Both the position numbers and the translations under genes were made by a program. Of a stretch of DNA of 64,000 nucleotides, positions 27,679 through 36,764 are shown piece after piece; positions within the stretch are counted from its first letter, which is position 1, and the number at the start of each line of letters is the position of its first letter. The notes beneath the pieces are model-generated. The model saw nothing but the letters and a program-made list of their open reading frames with translations. It was not told where the DNA came from and ran no database searches. The stretch covers positions 277,088 through 341,087 of the forward strand of contig CAVZBT010000002.1 in the NCBI GenBank assembly GCA_963773605.1, written 5' to 3'. Source of the stretch: an uncultured Acidobacteriota bacterium (GTDB lineage: Bacteria; Acidobacteriota; UBA6911).

Positions 27679-29121
27679 GTGGTCGACATACTGCTTACAC
27701 ATTGCAATCATCTGTACAACGACCGTAAGCAGGTCAGCAAAATGCAGCCTTACCCGCCCCTGCAAACGATCCTGGCCGCGGCGTTTCTCAGGCAGGAAGG
27801 TTTCAGCGTCGCTCTGTTCGATGCCACCCTGAATCCCCCGGAAGAAGGATTTCGCGCCGCGATGCAGCAGCACCGTCCCCGGCTGGTCGCCATCTGTGAG
27901 GATAATTTCAACTTCCTCACGAAAATGTGCCTCAAACGGAATCGCCAGCTGGCTTTTGCGTTCGCGCGGTTAGCGAAAGACGAGGGTACCGTTCCCGTCC
28001 TGGTCAACAGTTCGGATGCGTCAGACCGGCCCGCGGAATACCTGTCCCAGGGCGTGGACATCGTGATCGTAGGTGAACTGGAACCCACACTGCTGGAGGC
28101 GGCGGGCTGCCTGTTGGGCCGGACAAGTGTCGCCCTCGGCGCAATCCGCGGCCTGGCGTATAGGGATCCCGCGACGGGGGAATACAGATACGGCGCGCCT
28201 CGAAAACCCGTCCAGGACCTCGACCGCTTTCCGAGCGCGGCCTGGGACATGGTCGACATGGCCCCGTATCGTTCCGCCTGGATGAACGCCCGCGGGTTTT
28301 TCTCGCTCAACATGGTGTCGAGCCGGGGTTGCCCTTACCACTGCAATTGGTGCGCAAAGCCGATCTACGGCCAGACCTACCGGTTCGTGCCCCCGCGTCG
28401 AGTCGCGGAGGAAATGCACTACCTGAAGCGGACTTTCGCCCCCGACCAGATCTGGTTTGCCGACGACATTTTTGCGCTCTCTTGGCAGTGGACCGATCAG
28501 TTTGCCGAGCAGGTCGAGGCGCTGGGCGCCCAAATCCCCTTCAAGATGCAGTCACGCTGCGACTTGATGACCAGGGGCACGGTTGCGGCGCTGAGACGGG
28601 CGGGTTGTGCAGAAGTCTGGTTGGGCGCCGAATCCGGTTCCCAAACGATCCTCGATGCCATGGAGAAAGGGATCCGCGTCGAGGAGATATATATGGCTTG
28701 CGAGAACCTGCGGAGGCATGACATCCGGGCTTGTTTGTTCCTGCAGTTCGGCTACCCGGGCGAAACCTGGGAACAGATTCGGAGCACTATCCGGATGGTG
28801 CGGGAGACGGCGCCGGACGAGATCGGCATCTCGGTCTCCTATCCGCTCCCGGGCACCAAGTTCTATCAGCGGGTTGTCTCGCAACTCGGCCCCAAACGGA
28901 ACTGGTCCGAAAGCGGCGATCTCTCCATGATGTTTCACGGAACGTACACGAGCGAGTTTTACGCGGCTTTGCATGAGGCCCTCCATCTCGAGGTGGAGTC
29001 GAACAAGGAAGCGACCGCCGGCGCGGCCGGGCAACGCCTGCGGGAGCTCTGGTCGCGGGTGGAGAAACTTGAAGCCACGTGTTCAAACCCGGATGCGCTG
29101 ACGTTATGGACCTCCTCCTGA
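27679..29121 (+). CDS. Cobalamin-binding radical SAM enzyme 3
   Basis: PYPPL, SRGCPYHCNWC, FADDIF, GAESGSQ, YPLPGT. Confidence 0.92.
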   Translation: MVDILLTHCNHLYNDRKQVSKMQPYPPLQTILAAAFLRQEGFSVALFDATLNPPEEGFRAAMQQHRPRLVAICEDNFNFLTKMCLKRNRQLAFAFARLAKDEGTVPVLVNSSDASDRPAEYLSQGVDIVIVGELEPTLLEAAGCLLGRTSVALGAIRGLAYRDPATGEYRYGAPRKPVQDLDRFPSAAWDMVDMAPYRSAWMNARGFFSLNMVSSRGCPYHCNWCAKPIYGQTYRFVPPRRVAEEMHYLKRTFAPDQIWFADDIFALSWQWTDQFAEQVEALGAQIPFKMQSRCDLMTRGTVAALRRAGCAEVWLGAESGSQTILDAMEKGIRVEEIYMACENLRRHDIRACLFLQFGYPGETWEQIRSTIRMVRETAPDEIGISVSYPLPGTKFYQRVVSQLGPKRNWSESGDLSMMFHGTYTSEFYAALHEALHLEVESNKEATAGAAGQRLRELWSRVEKLEATCSNPDALTLWTSS

Positions 29122-30497
29122 CCCACGGCTACTTCCTACACGAAGATGCGAAGGAGCTGCTGATCGTAAAACCCTATGCTCCTCTCGGGCTGCTCTATTT
29201 GTCTTCACACCTGAAAAGCAAAGGTTTCGACGTCGAAATCTACGACACGACGTTCGGTTCGCGCGGAGAGCTCTTCGGGATCCTGCGAGATGGCCCTCCT
29301 TCGGTGATCGGCATCTACGGGAATCTCATGACCCGGCAGAATGTGCTGAGCATACTGGTGGCCGCGCGGGAGGCGGGATGGACCGTGGTGCTCGGCGGGC
29401 CCGAACCGCCGGCCTACGCCGAAGAGTACCTGAGCGCCGGCGCCGACTTTATCGTCCAGGGCGAAGGAGAAGCCACCCTGGAGGAACTTTTGACGGCGCT
29501 CCGTGCGCAGGACACCGAGGCCCTGGACAGGATCCCGGGCCTGATGTTTCGTCGTGCCGGCTCGATCGCGCGCACGCCGGCGCGCCCTCTCATTGCGGAT
29601 CTCGACCGTCAGCCGTGGCCCGACCGGGAGCACATTCGCATCGAGACCTATATCGAGACGTGGCGCGAGCGCCACGGGCAGGGTTCGCTGTCACTCATAA
29701 CGGCGCGTGGCTGTCCCTATCGCTGCCGCTGGTGCAGCCACGCGACCTACGGGCACACGCATCGGCGGCGCTCCGTCACAGACGTGGTGAACGAGGTCGA
29801 GTGGCTGATCGGCCGCTACCACCCGGACATGCTCTGGATCGCCGATGATGTGTTCACGATCCACCACGGATGGATTCTCAACTATGCGCGCGAGATGAAA
29901 TCCCGCGGGTTGCGGATCCCCTTTGAGTGCATAACCCGGGGCGATCGTCTGAATGCGCCGGTTGCGGACGCGCTGGCCGACTTGGGTTGTTTCCGTGTCT
30001 GGATCGGGTCCGAAAGCGGATCGCAGCGCGTCCTGGATGCCATGGACCGGGGCGTGAAACTGGAGCAGGTCCGCGGCGCGCTCCGTCTGTGCCGGGAAAG
30101 GGGAATCCAGACGGGGATGTTCCTGATGTGGGGGTACGAGGGTGAAGAGTTGTCCGATATCGAAGCAACGATCGAGCATGTCAAAACCACTCTCCCGGAT
30201 GTGTTCCTGACGACCGTCTCCTACCCTATCAAGGGGACACCCTATTTCGACGAAGTGTCTTCGCGCCTGGCCAGCCCTGGAGAGTGGGCCCGGATCACGG
30301 ACCGGGACTTGACGATTCGCGGGCGGAGGTCGAGAGCCTTCTATGCCTGTGCGGACCAGTTGCTGAGACATGAAGTGGCCCTGCGGAAACTCCCATCCGA
30401 CGGTGGCCAGCCCGAGGCTGAGGCCAGCGCGTTGCGCAGCCTCATCGACGAAGCAAGGCACGCGCTTCACGCCGCATCGATGTGGACCAGATCATGA
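29106..30497 (+). CDS. Cobalamin-binding radical SAM enzyme 4
   Basis: PLGLLYL, GGPEP, GEGE, ARGCPYRCRWC, IADDVF, GSESGSQ, YPIKGT. Confidence 0.92.
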   Translation: MDLLLTHGYFLHEDAKELLIVKPYAPLGLLYLSSHLKSKGFDVEIYDTTFGSRGELFGILRDGPPSVIGIYGNLMTRQNVLSILVAAREAGWTVVLGGPEPPAYAEEYLSAGADFIVQGEGEATLEELLTALRAQDTEALDRIPGLMFRRAGSIARTPARPLIADLDRQPWPDREHIRIETYIETWRERHGQGSLSLITARGCPYRCRWCSHATYGHTHRRRSVTDVVNEVEWLIGRYHPDMLWIADDVFTIHHGWILNYAREMKSRGLRIPFECITRGDRLNAPVADALADLGCFRVWIGSESGSQRVLDAMDRGVKLEQVRGALRLCRERGIQTGMFLMWGYEGEELSDIEATIEHVKTTLPDVFLTTVSYPIKGTPYFDEVSSRLASPGEWARITDRDLTIRGRRSRAFYACADQLLRHEVALRKLPSDGGQPEAEASALRSLIDEARHALHAASMWTRS

Positions 30498-31369
30498 TCG
30501 CATCCGAGCCAGCCCGAACGGATTCGTGCGTCGCACGCGCATTCGACGCGTTGGCCCCTGAATACGACGCCGCATGGACATCCGGACTGATCGGACAGTT
30601 TCAGAGACGGTCCGCCTGGGGGGAAATGCTGTCGGTCTTTCGCGCGGGCGACCGGGTTCTCGAACTCGGGTGCGGCACCGGGGCGGATGCCGCACGGCTG
30701 GCGGCCGCGGGAGTCCGGGTGCACGCGACCGACATTTCGCCAGAGATGCTGAGGCTGGCGCAGGAGAGGCTGGAATCAAGCGGGCTTTCATCACAGGTGA
30801 CTTATGAGCTCATCGCGGTCGAGCATCTGGGGACAACGCGAACCCCCGGCCTGTTTGATGGTGCGTTCTCCAACTTCGGCGCCCTCAATTGCGTCGAGGA
30901 CATGCGCGGTGCCGCAGCCAGCCTGGCCCGGCTGGTGCGACCCGGGGGGAAGGTCCTCCTCTGCTTCATGGGGCGCTTCTGCCTGTGGGAAACGGCCTGG
31001 TATCTCTTCCATCTCAGGCCGGCCAAGGCGCTCCGGCGGTTGCGCGCCGGCAGGCACGGGATCCGATCGGATCTGAAGCCCGGGTTCCCGGTTCGTGTCT
31101 TTTATCATTCCGTGCGAGAGGTGGTCGCGGCCTTTCGGGGGGAATTCCAACTCGTTTCATGGCGCGGCATCGGGGTGCTTGTCCCCCCCTCGTGCATGGA
31201 ACGATGGGCCCGGGCCAGACGCGACGGCGTGGCCAGGCTCGCCCTGATCGAGGAGCGCATCTGCGCGTGGCCCGTGTTTCGGGGCTCGGCAGACCACTGC
31301 ATGCTCCTTTTTTCCAGAAACCCGGATGGGAGTAGCCGCCCGCCGGCTTTCGGGGCAGGTATGACATGA
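30494..31369 (+). CDS. Class I SAM-dependent methyltransferase
   Basis: VLELGCGTG, DISPEML, FDGAFSNFGALN, RPGG. ATGA overlap. Confidence 0.9.
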   Translation: MIASEPARTDSCVARAFDALAPEYDAAWTSGLIGQFQRRSAWGEMLSVFRAGDRVLELGCGTGADAARLAAAGVRVHATDISPEMLRLAQERLESSGLSSQVTYELIAVEHLGTTRTPGLFDGAFSNFGALNCVEDMRGAAASLARLVRPGGKVLLCFMGRFCLWETAWYLFHLRPAKALRRLRAGRHGIRSDLKPGFPVRVFYHSVREVVAAFRGEFQLVSWRGIGVLVPPSCMERWARARRDGVARLALIEERICAWPVFRGSADHCMLLFSRNPDGSSRPPAFGAGMT

Positions 31370-32337
31370 CGGTCGCACTGCTGGAGCGGGCCACCGCGGC
31401 CGCCTGCATCCGACTTCGCTGCCCGTCGTGCGGCGCCTCTGCGCCGATGCTGCACGACGTGGGCCCGGCAGGATGGAAGTGTCCGGCGTGCGGTTTCCGT
31501 TTCGGATTCATGGACGGAATTCTGCGGACGATTCCCGTTGACGCGCAGGAGACTTACGCACGCTTCATCCGGGAGTACTCCGCGATCCGCAGCGCCGAGG
31601 GGCGCGGATCCGATGATGCGGCCTGCTATCTGGCCCTGCCCTATCACGATCTGACCGGGAAGAACGTCGGGCAGTGGAGGATGCGTGGCAAAACGTACCG
31701 CTACTTCGAGCGCCGGCTGCTGCCGCGCCTGGAATCGAGACGAGAGCTGGATATCCTGGATTTGGGCGCCGGAACGGGATGGCTCTCCTACCGGCTCGCT
31801 GCCCGCGGGCATCGCCCGGTCGCGGTAGATCTGATTACCGACGACCGGGACGGGCTCGGGGCGGCGCGTCACTACCGATCGGCGGCGGGCCTGTCGTTCC
31901 CGTTGGTCGCAGCCGGGTTTGACAACCTCCCTTTTGATGACGGCCAGTTCGATCTCGTCATATTCAATTCCTCTTTTCACTATTCGACCGATTGCGCGCG
32001 CACGCTGGGCGAGACGACGCGGTGCCTCAAATCGGGCGGAAGCGTGGTGATTCTCGACTCGCCCATTTACCGCCGGCGCGCGCACGGGGAGAGGATGCGG
32101 CGCGAACGTCACCTTCACTTTCAGGCGACGTACGGCTTCCGTTCCGACAGCATTCCCAGCGTGGAGTTTCTCTATGATGATTTGCTGAACGAACTCGCCG
32201 CCCGCTTGCACTTGAGCTGGGCCGTGTATCGCCCGTGGTACGGCTGGGCATGGCATCTGCGCCCGTTGAAGGCCTGGCTGGCAGGAAGACGCCCTCCTTC
32301 GCGCTTCAACATACTGGTCGGGAGTTGGACGGAATGA
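31366..32337 (+). CDS. Class I SAM methyltransferase with N-terminal Zn-ribbon (Trm112-like)
   Basis: LRCPSC...CPAC..DGI, ILDLGAGTGW, LPFDDGQFDLV, SFHY. Confidence 0.88.
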   Translation: MTVALLERATAAACIRLRCPSCGASAPMLHDVGPAGWKCPACGFRFGFMDGILRTIPVDAQETYARFIREYSAIRSAEGRGSDDAACYLALPYHDLTGKNVGQWRMRGKTYRYFERRLLPRLESRRELDILDLGAGTGWLSYRLAARGHRPVAVDLITDDRDGLGAARHYRSAAGLSFPLVAAGFDNLPFDDGQFDLVIFNSSFHYSTDCARTLGETTRCLKSGGSVVILDSPIYRRRAHGERMRRERHLHFQATYGFRSDSIPSVEFLYDDLLNELAARLHLSWAVYRPWYGWAWHLRPLKAWLAGRRPPSRFNILVGSWTE

Positions 32338-33794
32338 TTCTCTTCCTGCATCCTCGGGCCACGAGCCCGCGCAGCCGGCGTTTCCCGCTTTCCGTGCTGG
32401 CCCTCGCCGCCGTTATCGACGGCAAGGAGGAATATGAGATCATCGACGGCAACGTGGATCCGGATCCCGCCAGCACGCTGGCAAAACTGCAGGACGAAAC
32501 GCAGGCAGACCTGCTCGCGGTGTCGGTGATGCCGGGGCCGCAGATGGTCGCAGCGATCCCGCTGTGTGGCTCGTTTCGGAAGCGGTTTCCATCGGTCCCG
32601 ATCGTCTGGGGAGGGTACTTTCCCTCGCTTTACCCCGATGCCGCTTTGAACGCGGATTATGTCGATTTCGTCGTGCGCGCCCAGGGCGAGGATACGTTTA
32701 TGGAACTGATCGCTGCCTTGAGGAGTGGCGGCAATTTTTCCGCAATCCGCGGCTTGTCTTACAAGGACGGCTCCGGCCGGCACATCCACAACCCCGACCG
32801 GCCGCTGGGATCCCCGAACGACTACCCGTGGTTTCCGTATCACAGGCTCGATCCCTCGAAATACATTCTCCCGACCTTCCTCGGCTCGCGCACCGCGGTC
32901 CATCACGCCAGCATCGGATGCCCGTTCCGGTGCAACTTCTGCGGCGTCGTGCCGGTCTTCGACCGGGAGAAAGTGGAAGACCCGGAGCGCACCGCAGCAA
33001 TCCTCAAGCGGCTCAAGGAACGATACGGGGTCAATGCGATCCAGTTCTATGACAACAATTTCTTTCTCGGCGAAAAACACACGCGGGCTCTGGCCGCGGG
33101 CCTGGCTCCTCTCGGGTTGCGCTGGTGGTGCGAGGGACGCATTGACACGATGCTTTCCTACAGCGATGCCACGTTTCAGGCTCTGAGAGAGGCGGGCGCC
33201 ACCATGATCTTCTTTGGCGCCGAATCCGGCTCGAACTGGGTTCTGGAACAGATGAACAAGAAGCTGAGGACGGAACAGACACTGGCGTTGGCGGAGAGGA
33301 TCCGGCGGTTCCAGATCGTGCCCGAGTTCTCCTTCGTGTTGGGAAATCCACACGATCCCCAGCGCGATGTGCGCGAGTGCATCGCCTTCATCCGCCGGCT
33401 CAAGCGGATCAACCCGGAAGCGGAAATTGTCGTGCAGCACTATATCCCGACCCCCCAGCGCGACGGGATGTACGGCGCGGTCGAAGGGCAGATCCGCTTT
33501 CCAACCACCCCTGAGGAATGGGCGACGGAGCGCTGGTACAACTTCACGGTTCGAACCGATCCCCGGCTCCCGTGGCTCCCCGCACGCATCCGGCGGCGGA
33601 TCGACAACTTCGAACTGGTCGTGAACTCCCGCTGGCCCACGGTCCAGGACACACGCCTGACCGGCTGGGGCCGTGCGCTGCTGCAATCGCTGAGCAGTTG
33701 GCGTTATCAGGCCGGTGTCTATGCGGCCCCACTGGAGCTGCAATGGGCCCACAAGGCGGTTGAACTGAGAAAGCCGAAGGTTGAGAGCCTGTGA
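32334..33794 (+). CDS. Cobalamin-binding radical SAM enzyme 5
   Basis: FPLSVLAL, GGYFPS, QGED, GCPFRCNFC, YDNNF, GAESGS. Confidence 0.92.
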   Translation: MILFLHPRATSPRSRRFPLSVLALAAVIDGKEEYEIIDGNVDPDPASTLAKLQDETQADLLAVSVMPGPQMVAAIPLCGSFRKRFPSVPIVWGGYFPSLYPDAALNADYVDFVVRAQGEDTFMELIAALRSGGNFSAIRGLSYKDGSGRHIHNPDRPLGSPNDYPWFPYHRLDPSKYILPTFLGSRTAVHHASIGCPFRCNFCGVVPVFDREKVEDPERTAAILKRLKERYGVNAIQFYDNNFFLGEKHTRALAAGLAPLGLRWWCEGRIDTMLSYSDATFQALREAGATMIFFGAESGSNWVLEQMNKKLRTEQTLALAERIRRFQIVPEFSFVLGNPHDPQRDVRECIAFIRRLKRINPEAEIVVQHYIPTPQRDGMYGAVEGQIRFPTTPEEWATERWYNFTVRTDPRLPWLPARIRRRIDNFELVVNSRWPTVQDTRLTGWGRALLQSLSSWRYQAGVYAAPLELQWAHKAVELRKPKVESL

Positions 33795-34507
33795 ATACGA
33801 CGAGGCCGCTCGCAACCCGCGAGCAAAAAAACCCGATCTCGATTCCGGCGGGCGAGGCCTACCGGATCTGGTCGCAGACCTATGACACCGACCCGAATCC
33901 CTTGATTGCCCTGGAACTTCGATGCCTGGCGCACAAGCTGGACCACATGGCAGGCAAAACCCTCCTGGATGTCGCGTGCGGCACCGGGCGGTGGATGGTG
34001 GCGGCGGCCGAGAGGGGGGCCAGAGCCATCGGCGTCGATCTGAGCTTCGAAATGCTCGCTGTCGCGCGTGCCAAGCCGCAGGCTGCGTTTGCGGTTGTTC
34101 AGGGCGATGCAGGCAAACTGCCCTTCACGCAATGCGCGGATATGGTCGTGTGTTCCTTCTCGCTCGGCTACATGCCCGGGTTGTCGCCATTGATGCAGGA
34201 ACTGGGTCGCGTCGCCCGTCGCGGAGGCAAGGTGCTCGTCACGGATCTGCATCCTGTGGCTCAGTCCCTGGGGTGGAAACGATCGTTCCGGCGCGGGGCC
34301 GACGTGTTCGAAATAGAGTGCCGCCGCTATTCGTGCGCGCAGCTGCTGGCGGCCGGCCGCCGCGCGCGTCTCGAGCTGCGCGAGATCGTCGAGCTGCGCC
34401 TTGGCGATCCCGAACGGGAAATCCTGCGCCGGGCCGGCAAGGAGCGAATGACGGACGAATTGTCGGCGGTGCCGGCGGTTCTCGGGGTGGAATGGGAGCG
34501 CCCGTGA
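33791..34507 (+). CDS. Class I SAM methyltransferase (BioC-like)
   Basis: AYRIWSQTYD..NPL, LLDVACGTGR, DLSFEML, TDLHP. Confidence 0.85.
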   Translation: MNTTRPLATREQKNPISIPAGEAYRIWSQTYDTDPNPLIALELRCLAHKLDHMAGKTLLDVACGTGRWMVAAAERGARAIGVDLSFEMLAVARAKPQAAFAVVQGDAGKLPFTQCADMVVCSFSLGYMPGLSPLMQELGRVARRGGKVLVTDLHPVAQSLGWKRSFRRGADVFEIECRRYSCAQLLAAGRRARLELREIVELRLGDPEREILRRAGKERMTDELSAVPAVLGVEWERP

Positions 34508-35751
34508 GTATGCCCGAAAGAGCGAAGCCTGCGATGTCCCGCAGGGCGGATTCGTGGCTTCTCGTCGGCGGGCGGGTGGCCTCGGGTCCGTGCAGGGCGG
34601 AGCAGCTCGATATCGAGATACGGGCGGGCAAAATAGCGGCAATCGGGCGGCTTCGCGCAATGCCAGCCGACTCCCATCGCCTGGACCTGCGCGGCTGTCT
34701 CGTTTTGCCGGGGCTGATCAACGCTCACGACCACCTGGAGTTCAACTTATTCCCGCGTCTTGGGGACGGGCCATATCCGAATGCGGGCGCCTGGGCCCGG
34801 GACATCTATCATCCGGAGCGGTCGCCGATCAGAGAACAGTTGAGCATACCGCTCCAGACGCGCCTCCGGTGGGGCGCGGTGAAGAATCTGCTCAGCGGGG
34901 TCACCACGGTCTGCCACCACAACCCCTACGATCCCCATGTGTTCACGCGGCAGTTCGGAGTGCGGGTCGCGCGGCGGTACGGGTGGGCTCACTCGCTGGA
35001 ATTCAGCCCCGATCTCCGCCGCCGCTTCGAGCGCACGCCTGCCGACTGGCCGTTCGTTGTTCATCTCGGCGAGGCCGTGGATCGTGCCGGGAAGCGGGAG
35101 ATCGCGCGGCTCGACGGGGTGGGAGCCCTCGACGGCCGAACGGTCCTCGTGCACGCCGTCGCGCTCGGCGCGCGCGGGTTGGCACTGGTAAAGGAGAGGG
35201 GCGCCTCCCTCGTCTGGTGCCCCAGTTCCAACATGTTCATCCTGGGGCAAACGCTCTCGCCTGCGGCGCTTGATTCCGGGATCCGGATCGCGCTCGGGAC
35301 CGATTCCGCACTGAGCGGAAGAGGCGACCTGCTGGAAGAAATGCGCTTTGCGCGCAAGTTGGGGCGCGTCTCCGCGGCGCGCCTGTATGAGATGGTGACG
35401 CGGGAGGCAGCGCGGGTCATGAGACTTCCCCGCGGCACAGGGGATGTGATTGCGGGCGGCGCGGCGGATCTGCTCGTCGTCAGAGACTCGGGACACACTC
35501 CCGCCGCCACTCTCCTGGAACTGGCCACCGGGGGGATGGAGATGGTGTTCGTCGGCGGGCAACTCATGGTGGCTGCTCGTCGCCTGCGTCTTCCCGAAGC
35601 CGCGCGCAGACGCTTGCGTCCCGTCGTTGTCGGCACGCGGATCAGGCGGCGGGTATCGGTAGCCATAGACCTGCCCGGGATTTACAGACAGGTGGAGCCG
35701 GTGCTCGGAACCGTGTATTTGGCACACAAGATGATGTCGAGGACGGCATGA
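34504..35751 (+). CDS. Amidohydrolase superfamily (deaminase-like) protein
   Basis: PGLINAHDH, SGVTTV, HLGE, VHAV, CPSSN, LGTDS, GGAADL. GTGA overlap. Confidence 0.88.
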   Translation: MSMPERAKPAMSRRADSWLLVGGRVASGPCRAEQLDIEIRAGKIAAIGRLRAMPADSHRLDLRGCLVLPGLINAHDHLEFNLFPRLGDGPYPNAGAWARDIYHPERSPIREQLSIPLQTRLRWGAVKNLLSGVTTVCHHNPYDPHVFTRQFGVRVARRYGWAHSLEFSPDLRRRFERTPADWPFVVHLGEAVDRAGKREIARLDGVGALDGRTVLVHAVALGARGLALVKERGASLVWCPSSNMFILGQTLSPAALDSGIRIALGTDSALSGRGDLLEEMRFARKLGRVSAARLYEMVTREAARVMRLPRGTGDVIAGGAADLLVVRDSGHTPAATLLELATGGMEMVFVGGQLMVAARRLRLPEAARRRLRPVVVGTRIRRRVSVAIDLPGIYRQVEPVLGTVYLAHKMMSRTA

Positions 35752-36764
35752 AGGACATGCACGTCATCGAAAACCTGCCGATCCTGGTCCTGTACCCGCA
35801 CAACCGGTGCAACTGCCGCTGTGTGATGTGCGACATCTGGAAACTCGACGCCGTCGTGGAAATCGGGATATCCGAGCTGGAGCGGCACGCGAGCGATATC
35901 GAAAACCTCCGGGTCCGGTGGGTCGTTTTCTCGGGCGGCGAGCCGCTGATGCATCGGGATCTCTTTCTGTTCAGCGATTTCCTGCGGGCGAGGGGCATCC
36001 GTACCACGATACTCAGCACCGGTATACTGCTGGCCCTCAAGGCGCGCGATATCGCGCGCAGTGTCGACGATGTGATTGTCTCGCTCGACGGTCCCGCCGG
36101 GATTCACGACAGGATTCGCCGGGTCCCGGGCGCGTTCGGCCAGCTGGCCGACGGGGTGCGGGCAGTCCGGAGTCTGAAGCCCGACCTCCCCGTCGCCGCC
36201 CGCACAACGGTGCAGCACGCGAATTTTTCGGTTCTGCGCGAGACCGTCGAAACGGCACAGGCATTGGGACTGCAGTCGATCTCGTTCCTCGCTGCGGACC
36301 TGACCTCGAAGGCATTCAACCGTCCCGCAGGATGGCCTCCCGCACGGCAGGCGCAGATCGCCCTGACGGAGCGGGAAACGGCCGTCCTGGAAACCGAGAT
36401 CGAGGAATTGATCAAGGACTTGCCGAAGCTGCGCGGGTTCGTCCTGGAATCCCCCGAAAAGTTGAGGCGCATCGTGCTTCATTTCCGCGCGCATCTGGGG
36501 CTGGCGGAACCACGCCCCCCCCGATGCAACGCCCCCTGGGTGTCGGCCGTCGTCGAGTCGGACGGCAGCGTCCGACCCTGCTTTTTTCACGAGGCGGTTG
36601 GGAACCTCAAGGAGGGCTCGCTGCGCGGAATCCTGAATGGTCCCCGAGCCCTCGAATTCCGCCGGGCGCTGGACATCGCCACGAACCCGGTTTGTGCCCG
36701 GTGCGTGTGCTCGCTCCACCTGGGGGATGCGGGCGAGCAGTCCCAAATCCGGAGGACAAGCTGA
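35748..36764 (+). CDS. Radical SAM enzyme with twitch/SPASM domain
   Basis: CNCRCVMC, SGGEPL, SLDG...HD.IR, CNAPW..DGSVRPC...CARCVC. Confidence 0.9.
   Translation: MKDMHVIENLPILVLYPHNRCNCRCVMCDIWKLDAVVEIGISELERHASDIENLRVRWVVFSGGEPLMHRDLFLFSDFLRARGIRTTILSTGILLALKARDIARSVDDVIVSLDGPAGIHDRIRRVPGAFGQLADGVRAVRSLKPDLPVAARTTVQHANFSVLRETVETAQALGLQSISFLAADLTSKAFNRPAGWPPARQAQIALTERETAVLETEIEELIKDLPKLRGFVLESPEKLRRIVLHFRAHLGLAEPRPPRCNAPWVSAVVESDGSVRPCFFHEAVGNLKEGSLRGILNGPRALEFRRALDIATNPVCARCVCSLHLGDAGEQSQIRRTS

Noticed and set aside
24628-33794. Assigning bchE, hpnP, hpnJ or grsA gene symbols to the B12-rSAMs
   Set aside because: Only generic family motifs are visible, and no photosynthesis, hopanoid or tetraether core genes are in the window.
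33922-36763. Long N-terminal extensions of the amidohydrolase (from 33922) and GT-C (from 35807) ORFs
   Set aside because: Arg/Pro/Gly-rich off-frame readings overlapping real genes; coupled starts at 34504 and 36764 fit better. The same applies to extensions at 8804, 42749, 43167, 52223 and 53285.
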